The position numbers and the translations under genes are program-made. A stretch of 64,000 nucleotides of DNA from a phage. Below the pieces are notes generated by a model that was given only the letters and a program-made list of their open reading frames with translations, was not told where the DNA came from and ran no database searches. Where the stretch lies: sequence record PX880100.1. One strand, written 5' to 3'. Below, piece after piece: positions 55,750-64,000 of this stretch. Each line of letters opens with the position of its first letter. Positions within the stretch are counted from its first letter, which is position 1.

Positions 55750-57414
55750 ATGATTATTTCCGCAGAAAAACAAACCGTTATCCTGAAAATGGCCGCTGAC
55801 TTTAATTTCTATGGTAAACGTCTGCGCGCTACTAAACTGGAAGTCTGCGACGATATTTCGAAAGCGGTATACGATACTACTAAACACTCCACCGCCATTT
55901 GTGATTGGTTGGAAGCAAATAAGCCAGCGAAACCAAAAGCGGCAAAAGTAGCAAAAGCCATTAAAAACGATGAGCGCCCAGAAGCGGCTGGGATTGTTTC
56001 TAGCACGGTTGAGCAATGGGAAGTAAAACAAGGTAAACGCTTTATTATTACGTCGATTCAGAATAATACTTTCCCGCATAAAAACTTTTTAGCCTCACTG
56101 GAGCAATTTGCTAAATATATCGGTGCTGATTTGCTTGTTTCTAAGTATATTTATAATAAAAACGGCTTCCAGAATGGAGAAGGTGCGGATGGAATCAAAT
56201 ATGATTCCGCTTTTGATAAATATATTTGCAGCAAAAACGTGTTTTTAAATAACCGCCGTTTCGCTTTCATGGCTGAAATTAATGTTTTGCCAACCGCAGA
56301 TTATCCGCTTTCTGGATTCGCAGAAACTGCAACGGCTTTAAATATTGAAGGTCTGGCAATTGGTCACGCTAAAATTACCGCTGAAAGTGTGCCAGCTTTG
56401 AAAGGTGAAGTAGTGCGCCGCATGTATTCAACCGGAACGGCAACGCTCAAAAACTACATTCAGCAGAAAGCAGGACAGAAAGCGGAAGCACTTCATAACT
56501 TCGGTGCGCTGATTGTTGAGTTCGACGACGACGGGGAATTTTTTGTTCGCCAGCTTGAAACAATGGACGAAAGCGGGGTGTTTTATGATCTGAATGTTTG
56601 CGCTACTCCTGCCGGATGCTATGAAACATCGGGGCATGTTTTAGGCTTGCAATACGGCGATATTCACGCCGAAAAATTAGATGACGATTGCGCCGCTGCG
56701 TCATGGGCTGGCGAAAATAGCTTGCTTGATATTCTTAAACCAAAATATCAGTTTGTGCACGACGTTCACGATTTTACATCGCGCAATCATCATAACCGCG
56801 CGTCGGGTGTATTCCTAGCAAAACAGTACGCCGCCGGACGTGATAAAGTTCTGGATGATCTTATCGATACCGGTCGCGTGCTGGAGTCGATGGAACGTGA
56901 TTTTAGTCAAACGATCATCGTAGAATCTAATCACGATTTGGCGCTATCCCGTTGGCTTGATGATCGTAATGCTAACATCAAAGACGATCCCGCGAACGCG
57001 GAACTGTATCACCGCCTGAATGCTGCAATCTATGCGGCAATCGGTGAACACGACGAAACGTTTAACGTGCTAGATTATGCGTTGCGCAAGGTTGCAGGTT
57101 GCGAGTTTAACGCCATTTTTCTGACCACTGACCAATCTTTCAAGATTGCAGGCATTGAATGCGGCGTACACGGTCACAACGGCATTAACGGCAGCCGTGG
57201 CAATCCTAAGCAGTTTAAGAAATTGGGCAAGTTAAACACCGGACACACTCACACTGCCAGCATTTACGGCGGCGTATATACCGCTGGCGTTGCTGGTAGT
57301 CTGGATATGGGTTACAACGTGGGCGCGTCAAGCTGGACGCAAACGCATTTAATTACCTATGCAAACGGTCAGCGCACTTTGATTGACTTTAAGAATGGTA
57401 AATTCTTTGCGTAA
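55750..57414 (+). CDS. A1: A1-like pre-early protein (metallophosphatase-like)
   Basis: 554 aa; GDIH and ESNHD metallophosphatase-like motifs; context with A2 and dmp. Confidence 0.6.
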   Translation: MIISAEKQTVILKMAADFNFYGKRLRATKLEVCDDISKAVYDTTKHSTAICDWLEANKPAKPKAAKVAKAIKNDERPEAAGIVSSTVEQWEVKQGKRFIITSIQNNTFPHKNFLASLEQFAKYIGADLLVSKYIYNKNGFQNGEGADGIKYDSAFDKYICSKNVFLNNRRFAFMAEINVLPTADYPLSGFAETATALNIEGLAIGHAKITAESVPALKGEVVRRMYSTGTATLKNYIQQKAGQKAEALHNFGALIVEFDDDGEFFVRQLETMDESGVFYDLNVCATPAGCYETSGHVLGLQYGDIHAEKLDDDCAAASWAGENSLLDILKPKYQFVHDVHDFTSRNHHNRASGVFLAKQYAAGRDKVLDDLIDTGRVLESMERDFSQTIIVESNHDLALSRWLDDRNANIKDDPANAELYHRLNAAIYAAIGEHDETFNVLDYALRKVAGCEFNAIFLTTDQSFKIAGIECGVHGHNGINGSRGNPKQFKKLGKLNTGHTHTASIYGGVYTAGVAGSLDMGYNVGASSWTQTHLITYANGQRTLIDFKNGKFFA

Positions 57415-57470
57415 TTAAATTATTTCCCTAGCGGCTTGAAATAAAGCCGCTATTATAGGAGTCACAAAAA

Positions 57471-57728
57471 ATGAAAGTTACATTACCCAAAACATTGGAC
57501 GAAAAAGTATTCATTTCACCGGATGAAATGGAATCCGATAAAGTTTACAGCTTCGGGCCTATCCTAGCCTCCAAAACTGATACTGATGGTATTATTTCCG
57601 TCGATTCCCGTGATAATGATATTGTTCCTTTTGATGACGATGGCGCTTTTTATGAGTGGTTAAGCGATAATAATTTACCCGTAAACGGTGAATTAACGCC
57701 GTACCAGATGCAGATTATTATCAAATAA
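57471..57728 (+). CDS. hypothetical acidic protein
   Basis: ORF track; GGAG upstream. Confidence 0.4.
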   Translation: MKVTLPKTLDEKVFISPDEMESDKVYSFGPILASKTDTDGIISVDSRDNDIVPFDDDGAFYEWLSDNNLPVNGELTPYQMQIIIK

Positions 57729-57766
57729 ATTAAATCCATTATTAAACTAATTGGGGTTTTATAAAT

Positions 57767-58159
57767 ATGAAAAAGCAAAATATTCCATTCGATCGCGCTC
57801 AATCTTCCATTGTTCTGGTTTATTCTAATGGTGAACGTTACCACGTCGAGGCGGGGCACGTTATTGATGATCTGTTAGATTTCAATGACGCTTTGCAGGT
57901 TACTACGTTTGCCTATACGCAGGGCAAACTAACCAGCCATATTAAAGCAAAAGGTGTTTATGTTGACACGGTGAAACAAGAAACGATTATCATCGACGCC
58001 GTAAAATCCGGTCTAGCCTTTGCAGTTGTCGCGCCTTGCCTCGCTTGCCTCGATGATCAATTGATCAGCGCAAAAGTATATACTTGTGCGGGGATTCGTT
58101 CCAGCGTATCCGGTGAAGATGTTAGTTTTATTGCCGATGCGTTGGCTTATGGTCTTTAA
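57767..58159 (+). CDS. hypothetical protein
   Basis: ORF track. Confidence 0.4.
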   Translation: MKKQNIPFDRAQSSIVLVYSNGERYHVEAGHVIDDLLDFNDALQVTTFAYTQGKLTSHIKAKGVYVDTVKQETIIIDAVKSGLAFAVVAPCLACLDDQLISAKVYTCAGIRSSVSGEDVSFIADALAYGL

Positions 58160-58239
58160 TAGTTAATTTATTATTACCCGCTATCTACAAGCGGGTAATG
58201 CTGAATTAATCTAATCCCTTAAATGGAGAACGTAACAAA

Positions 58240-58974
58240 ATGAATAAAGCTATTATGAATATTTCCCGCAGCTTCCCGCATATTTCCCGCGTTATGATTT
58301 GGGATTTAGACGGCACTATCGTTAATTCTTTCCATCGTGTAGCGCCTTGCTTTGATAGTGAGGGCAATTTAGATTTAAATAAGTATAAAAATGAAGCGTG
58401 TAAACATCATTTAATAATGCAGGATTCTTTATTGCCATTGGTTGAATACATGCGCCAATGTATGAATGACGCAAATACTTTAAACATTATTTGTACCGCT
58501 CGACTAATGAGCAAATCAGATTATTACTTCCTGCGTAAACAAGGTCTGCGCGGTCGTGGTAATAGTAATATCCGCGTGTTTTCCCGTGATACACTACACA
58601 AATATTTTGAAGCTGATAAAGTTAGCGAGATATACCACAGTAAGGACGCAGTTTATAAATCTTATTATTTTGAATTATTTAAACAGTTATATCCGAACGC
58701 TGATTTTACAATGATTGATGATCATAAAGGTGTATTATCAGCGGCGGCATCATACGGATTTAAAACGCTGGACGCACAAGCCGTTAATGATATTCTATCA
58801 ATCGGCGTGGCATTGATAGGTGAAACCTTTATTGATGAATCTCTCGACGATGATAATGATTATCAGTTCCTAGCTGATCGTTTGAAATTATGCTGGGAAG
58901 GTATGACCGAGGAAGAACGCGCAGAATATAGTTGCAGCCCGCAACAATATATTGAGAAATTAAAAGTTGCGTAA
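58240..58974 (+). CDS. dmp: 5'-deoxyribonucleotidase (HAD-like)
   Basis: 244 aa; N-terminal MIWDLDGTIVNSF (DxDGT); pre-early context. Confidence 0.65.
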   Translation: MNKAIMNISRSFPHISRVMIWDLDGTIVNSFHRVAPCFDSEGNLDLNKYKNEACKHHLIMQDSLLPLVEYMRQCMNDANTLNIICTARLMSKSDYYFLRKQGLRGRGNSNIRVFSRDTLHKYFEADKVSEIYHSKDAVYKSYYFELFKQLYPNADFTMIDDHKGVLSAAASYGFKTLDAQAVNDILSIGVALIGETFIDESLDDDNDYQFLADRLKLCWEGMTEEERAEYSCSPQQYIEKLKVA

Positions 58975-59125
58975 TAATTAAAGTTGAAATAGTCACGGTG
59001 TGTAATGATAACATGCCGTGACTATTAGCTTGCTAAGTACCGGGCGGTAATGAGACTCATTCTCATCTGGGAGGCCACTGGACACACCTCCATGTGTAAT
59101 CTTATGAAATTTGGCAAAAGTCAAA

Positions 59126-59371
59126 TTAGCGCATAGAAGGGTCATCAAACCTGTGTTCTGGTCTGAACTCACGGAATCTCTTCCGCGACGCCCGAGATCC
59201 ATCTGACCACTCCCGCTCAAACTCCGCACGTTTCTCGTCAAACTTCCGCTCCCTTTCCGCAATCTCCCGAGACACTCCCGCAATATATTTACGATGCTTG
59301 TTAATTGCCGCAGTTGTCCCGAAAACTCCCGCGAGTATCCCGATAATAAAAGCAATTACAATACTAAACAT
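59126..59371 (-). CDS. hypothetical membrane-anchored protein
   Basis: N-terminal TM helix then charged tail. Confidence 0.4.
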   Translation of the reverse strand: MFSIVIAFIIGILAGVFGTTAAINKHRKYIAGVSREIAERERKFDEKRAEFEREWSDGSRASRKRFREFRPEHRFDDPSMR

Positions 59372-59558
59372 CTAATTCCCTCTCAATTTGCAGAATACGG
59401 GTGCTATCACAACGTTGGAGTAATACTAGCTTTTCTAGAGCAACTTGTTGTTGTTTTACCTGAGCTTCTAGAGTTTTTAGGCGAATGTACACAATACGAG
59501 AGGCAATAAAGATTATCCAGACTAATATTACCATTAGTGTAATTGCTACTTCCATCAT
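59364..59558 (-). CDS. hypothetical membrane-anchored coiled-coil protein
   Basis: N-terminal TM helix. Confidence 0.4.
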   Translation of the reverse strand: MMEVAITLMVILVWIIFIASRIVYIRLKTLEAQVKQQQVALEKLVLLQRCDSTRILQIERELDV

Positions 59559-59967
59559 TTACGTTTCCCCGATAGTAAGGTTTCGATTCTAGCTAAATGA
59601 TTATCTAAAATACACTGCCCAATAATCACAATCCCTAGTAGTGCAATAATTACCCATTCCATTAGATCCACCCCGCCATAGCTGCTAACCAAAAACCTAT
59701 GAAGATTAGGAATAATACAAAACCAAATCCGTAAATATTAACCCACGCTTCGTATACTTCTCCGCGTCTGTTCTTTCTTTTATTTGACATATCTTTCGTA
59801 CTCCCGTAAATGTGGTATTTTAAATTATTTTATAATTTGTGCATAACCAACCATGCTTGTGACTTCCTAGAAGGACTTCTACTTTTCTTACATAGTGGTT
59901 TCTGCCAATACACCATCCAAAAAATAAAAAATTTAGTTTACTTGGATGTCTTTTTGCTTTATACTAA

Positions 59968-60234
59968 TTACAGGTAGTTAGATTGCTCTAGTTTAAATTT
60001 ACAATCCCCGTATTTAAGATCAAACTGACTGAGATCCCACCACCCAAATTTAGTACGGAGTTGTACTACTGGAAAGCGATCTCCCTTAATACGAACTTTT
60101 TGAACCTTGAGGCCATAATGTTCTTCTCCCGCACCACCAAAAGATTTTACAAATCCAGTACAAAATGGTTTGGGAGCAGGTGCACAACCAGATAACATAA
60201 CTGCGGCAACTAGTGCAATCACAAACTTTTTCAT
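59968..60234 (-). CDS. llp: Llp-like lipoprotein (receptor-blocking, superinfection exclusion)
   Basis: Signal peptide with lipobox LSGC; divergent from adjacent RBP gene as in T5 llp/oad. Confidence 0.65.
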   Translation of the reverse strand: MKKFVIALVAAVMLSGCAPAPKPFCTGFVKSFGGAGEEHYGLKVQKVRIKGDRFPVVQLRTKFGWWDLSQFDLKYGDCKFKLEQSNYL

Positions 60235-60265
60235 ATTTATCTCTCCATTTCTAATTTATGAGTAT

Positions 60266-60294
60266 ATTATAGCAAAATAGAGAGATAAAAGCAA
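60266..60294 (-). promoter_or_regulatory. early-type promoter for llp
   Basis: Minus strand TTGCTT-17 bp-TATAAT then CATAAATTAG. Confidence 0.55.
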
Positions 60295-60319
60295 ATACAT
60301 TTTTATAATAGGAGATTAT

Positions 60320-62077
60320 ATGGGTTTTTTCGCTGGTAAATATAGCGATGGTAAGACCGTACTATCTTTAAATACTGAATCTGGTGGTGACATTAATCGT
60401 CACTATAGTCCAAATGCCAATAGTATTTTTCATAGTGATATGCCATTTGTCCTAGTTGATGGTACTTATGAGTCTGGGTTAGGTGATGCCGGTAATGGGT
60501 TTTTTGTATGTCAAATGCCCGCTGACATAATAAATATTAAATCTAACGATCCTGGTAGAGTTATACTAACTGCTATTGAGATAAATGGTACTCACAGAGC
60601 CTTTCTTAATGGTACTCAGAGTAAGGTAGGTCAAACTATAGTTGCTACTCAGGCAGATCCTTTTAGATCTTTTGCTAGCGTTTCCCAGACTAGTGGGTTC
60701 GCTTTTGGTAATAGCCTGGCATCTGGCACATATAACTATAATCCATCTATAGGGCATGAAGAATCTATCTCTAGAAATGGTACTGGTGGAACCACCCTAC
60801 ATAGTACGTACCATGGTATAGTTAGGCCAGGTGCAGGGGCTCCAGTAGGGGTTACTGTTGCAGAAGCTTTTGCACAGTTGGGTTTTCCTACTAATAGTAG
60901 TACAGTACCTATAGATGGGAATAACCAAAATTACTGGGATCCAGGATGGATGTCTCCTTTAGGATCAGCACACAGAGGGCACGATTGGTTCTATGTTTGT
61001 AACTCTAACATACGGGGGTATGGTGGGGTAAGACAAGGTCTTCCTGGTAGTGTAAATACTATGTATCATGATGGGGGTAATAGATTTGTTTGTAGGGGTT
61101 CTACAACTAATTTAGCTAATCAATCTGGTGATTCTACAATACTACAAGATTGGTATAACATAACTCCTACTAAGGTTATTTGGTACGTTTTGAATTTAAG
61201 ATACTCAAATGGTGGTATGAGTATCTCTGGTAATCCTTTTACTGGTTCAGATATTCTTATATCTCCTTCTAATTTCATAATTAAAGGGGTTAGTCTTCCC
61301 AATACTGGATACAAGTTTATTAACCAGAACGCTTTCGGTAACTTAGGTTATAGACCAGATATGGAATATATTGGAAATAATGCAGCGTACACTGGGGCCT
61401 TTGGGGATACCACCGCAAGGTGTGAACTTGTAGGTTCTAGTAACGGGAGTTTATGGTCTCCTGTGGACTATGGGGGGGCTAAGTCTCAAATTAGTATTTA
61501 CAAATTCGGAGCTGGTAAGCAATGGTATGTAAACTCCAATGATAATACTATCGGTAATGAACACGGGGTTGTTTGGGGACCATCAGCAGTTCCATTACGA
61601 CTTTTTGGTGGAAATGTAGGTAGTTCTTATATGGGAGATGATATTACTCCCAGCTACCCGGGAACAGGAGATAGATACGTTGGTTTATCAACTATTGGGC
61701 TAGGTATACCGGGTGGCAATGCTACAGTAATTCTTACCACTGAAGTTATATCAGGTAATCTTAACTGTGCAGGTGTTCCTGCTAATACATGGAATAACGG
61801 TGTGTTTCAAGTGCAGGGAAGAAGAGCATATAGTTATAGTAATGGAGACGCGATATTCCACCAGATTTTAACACTACCAGTAGGGTATTTAGTACCTTTT
61901 CATACTACATCTGCTTTTAGATACACACCTAACAATGCCCTAAGTAGAAATAGTTTTATATACACTGCTAAAAATCTGGGGAACGGAAATGTAGAGTTAG
62001 GGGTAGTTATGCACGTAAGTTTAGGTAGTGCAGTTTTTCTACCTAGATTAAGAGTAACAGTTCAACGCCTTACCTAA
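60320..62077 (+). CDS. receptor-binding tail protein (pb5/Oad-like)
   Basis: 585 aa, Gly/Asn/Ser/Thr-rich; MGFFAGK start and QRLT end recalled as pb5-like; adjacent llp. Confidence 0.7.
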   Translation: MGFFAGKYSDGKTVLSLNTESGGDINRHYSPNANSIFHSDMPFVLVDGTYESGLGDAGNGFFVCQMPADIINIKSNDPGRVILTAIEINGTHRAFLNGTQSKVGQTIVATQADPFRSFASVSQTSGFAFGNSLASGTYNYNPSIGHEESISRNGTGGTTLHSTYHGIVRPGAGAPVGVTVAEAFAQLGFPTNSSTVPIDGNNQNYWDPGWMSPLGSAHRGHDWFYVCNSNIRGYGGVRQGLPGSVNTMYHDGGNRFVCRGSTTNLANQSGDSTILQDWYNITPTKVIWYVLNLRYSNGGMSISGNPFTGSDILISPSNFIIKGVSLPNTGYKFINQNAFGNLGYRPDMEYIGNNAAYTGAFGDTTARCELVGSSNGSLWSPVDYGGAKSQISIYKFGAGKQWYVNSNDNTIGNEHGVVWGPSAVPLRLFGGNVGSSYMGDDITPSYPGTGDRYVGLSTIGLGIPGGNATVILTTEVISGNLNCAGVPANTWNNGVFQVQGRRAYSYSNGDAIFHQILTLPVGYLVPFHTTSAFRYTPNNALSRNSFIYTAKNLGNGNVELGVVMHVSLGSAVFLPRLRVTVQRLT

Positions 62078-62087
62078 AGGAGGAAAT

Positions 62088-62570
62088 ATGGCAAATGATG
62101 TATTAGTACCAGATCTTATGTCCCCTGAAGGGATGGATGTGATTGAAGCTTATTTACAGTGCGGAAGTGATGTGCCTTCTGCCGCACGTAGTCTTGGAAT
62201 GTCCGAAATTGCTTTCCGAGATATTATGAATCGTAGCGAAGTTAAGAACTACTTAAACGATATTTTTATGGAAAGTGGATTCCGTAACAGAGATCGTTTG
62301 TTCGGTGTTCTAGATGAAGTTATTAAACGTAAGCTAGAGGAACTAGAAGAAACTGGCATGGGTTCTGACCAGGATATTATGGATATTCTCTGGAAGGCAC
62401 ATAAAATGAAGATGGAAGAGATGAAAATGATGGTGGAACTAGAAAAAGCTAAAGCTGCCGTACGAGCTCCAGCTAACCAGACCAATATCCAGAATAACAT
62501 TATTGCTGGAGCTGGGGATCAAAACTACATGGACTTAATTACTTCCCTAGCTACTGGAGGTAAGAAGTAA
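62088..62570 (+). CDS. putative terminase small subunit (HTH)
   Basis: HTH-like [17 protein letters not shown]; immediately upstream of terminase large subunit. Confidence 0.45.
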   Translation: MANDVLVPDLMSPEGMDVIEAYLQCGSDVPSAARSLGMSEIAFRDIMNRSEVKNYLNDIFMESGFRNRDRLFGVLDEVIKRKLEELEETGMGSDQDIMDILWKAHKMKMEEMKMMVELEKAKAAVRAPANQTNIQNNIIAGAGDQNYMDLITSLATGGKK

Positions 62571-63886
62571 TGGAAGTATCAAGACCCTACGTTAACACAG
62601 TAGATGTTATTGATTTCGGAATAGATAAACGTTTCTTTCGTCTACCTGTTTCGGGAATACTAGCACAAGAAGGTATTACACCTAATGGTCCTCAAATAGC
62701 AATCATCAATGCTTTAGAAGATCCTAGACATCGTTTTGTAACGGCGTGTGTGTCACGCCGTGTAGGCAAATCCTTTATAGCATATACACTTGGGTTCCTA
62801 AAATTGTTGGAACCTAATGTGAAAGTGTTAGTAGTTGCTCCCAACTACTCACTGGCCAACATCGGATGGTCTCAGATTCGTGGTCTTATTAAGAAGTATG
62901 GCCTACAAACCGAACGTGAAAACGCTAAAGATAAAGAAATAGAGTTGGCTAATGGTTCTTTGTTTAAACTAGCTTCTGCGGCGCAGGCTGACTCCGCAGT
63001 TGGACGTTCATATGACTTTATCATCTTTGATGAGGCGGCAATTTCCGATGTAGGTGGTGATGCCTTTAGAGTTCAGTTGCGTCCTACCCTAGATAAACCA
63101 AACTCTAAGGCTCTATTTATCTCTACTCCTCGCGGTGGTAACTGGTTTAAAGAGTTTTATGCCTATGGATTTGATGATACATTGCCTAACTGGGTATCTA
63201 TTCATGGTACATATCGTGATAACCCACGTGCTGACCTGAATGACATCGAAGAAGCACGTCGCACAGTTAGTAAAAACTACTTCCGCCAAGAATACGAGGC
63301 TGACTTCTCTGTATTCGAAGGTCAGATCTTTGATACCTTTAATGCTATCGATCATGTTAAAGATCTCAAAGGTATGCGTCACTTCTTTAAAGATGATGAA
63401 GCATTCGAAACGTTGCTTGGTATTGACGTTGGCTATCGTGATCCTACAGCAGTTCTTACTATTAAGTACCACTATGATACAGATACCTACTATGTATTAG
63501 AAGAGTACCAGCAGGCGGAGAAAACCACAGCTCAGCATGCTGCGTATATTCAGCACTGTATAGATCGTTATAAAGTTGATCGTGTTTTTGTTGACTCTGC
63601 AGCAGCTCAGTTCCGCCAGGACTTAGCTTATGAACATGAAATTGCATCAGCTCCAGCTAAAAAATCTGTCCTAGATGGTCTAGCGTGTTTGCAAGCATTA
63701 TTCCAACAGGGTAAAATTATTGTAGATGCCTCATGTTCCTCATTAATTCATGCATTGCAGAACTATAAGTGGGACTTCCAAGAAGGTGAAGAGAAATTAT
63801 CACGTGAAAAACCACGTCATGATGCTAACTCTCACCTTTGTGATGCGCTCCGCTATGGAATTTACTCTATTTCCCGTGGTAAATAA
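62570..63886 (+). CDS. terL: terminase large subunit
   Basis: 438 aa; Walker A-like RRVGKS, Walker B IIFDEAA, C-terminal nuclease-like acidic residues. Confidence 0.8.
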   Translation: MEVSRPYVNTVDVIDFGIDKRFFRLPVSGILAQEGITPNGPQIAIINALEDPRHRFVTACVSRRVGKSFIAYTLGFLKLLEPNVKVLVVAPNYSLANIGWSQIRGLIKKYGLQTERENAKDKEIELANGSLFKLASAAQADSAVGRSYDFIIFDEAAISDVGGDAFRVQLRPTLDKPNSKALFISTPRGGNWFKEFYAYGFDDTLPNWVSIHGTYRDNPRADLNDIEEARRTVSKNYFRQEYEADFSVFEGQIFDTFNAIDHVKDLKGMRHFFKDDEAFETLLGIDVGYRDPTAVLTIKYHYDTDTYYVLEEYQQAEKTTAQHAAYIQHCIDRYKVDRVFVDSAAAQFRQDLAYEHEIASAPAKKSVLDGLACLQALFQQGKIIVDASCSSLIHALQNYKWDFQEGEEKLSREKPRHDANSHLCDALRYGIYSISRGK

Positions 63887-64000
63887 ATAAGTATAGGATG
63901 GGATACTACTCAGTTGGTATCCCATTCCTGTATTTTAAAATCCCCTTTACAAATTCGATACGATTATGTATACTATATTCATACAGTTGAGGAGAACACT

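Overview
This window reads as a T5-like (Demerecviridae-type) lytic coliphage segment, in the reverse orientation of the usual T5 map. All calls are by eye from the sequence and ORF track; no searches or folding were run. Left to right: a replication ATPase (partial), a Sir2/HAD block, nrdD, phoH, nrdA-HNH-nrdB, DHFR, thymidylate synthase and RNase H (1-15.4 kb); a very large tRNA array with interleaved small ORFs (20.5-31.4 kb); a lysis and nucleotide-metabolism block with dNMP kinase, ClpP-like protease, holin/endolysin and phosphatases (31.4-48.3 kb); an injection-stop-like repeat region with DnaA boxes (48.3-49.8 kb); a GC-richer pre-early block with A2, A1 and dmp (50-59 kb); then llp, a pb5-like receptor-binding protein and terminase (60-64 kb). 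More than 20 copies of a conserved N25-like early promoter cassette punctuate the early region. Most unusual to my eye: ~180-bp inverted repeats carrying DnaA boxes that flank a 3.5-kb minus-strand module of unknown genes; nine direct copies of a 15-bp motif; a tRNA-Tyr with a heptamer expansion; a homopolymer-frameshifted paralogue beside a zinc-less Sir2; and several promoter-driven ORF-free stretches. tRNA anticodons were folded by hand and need tRNAscan-SE/ARAGORN confirmation; small-ORF starts are approximate.
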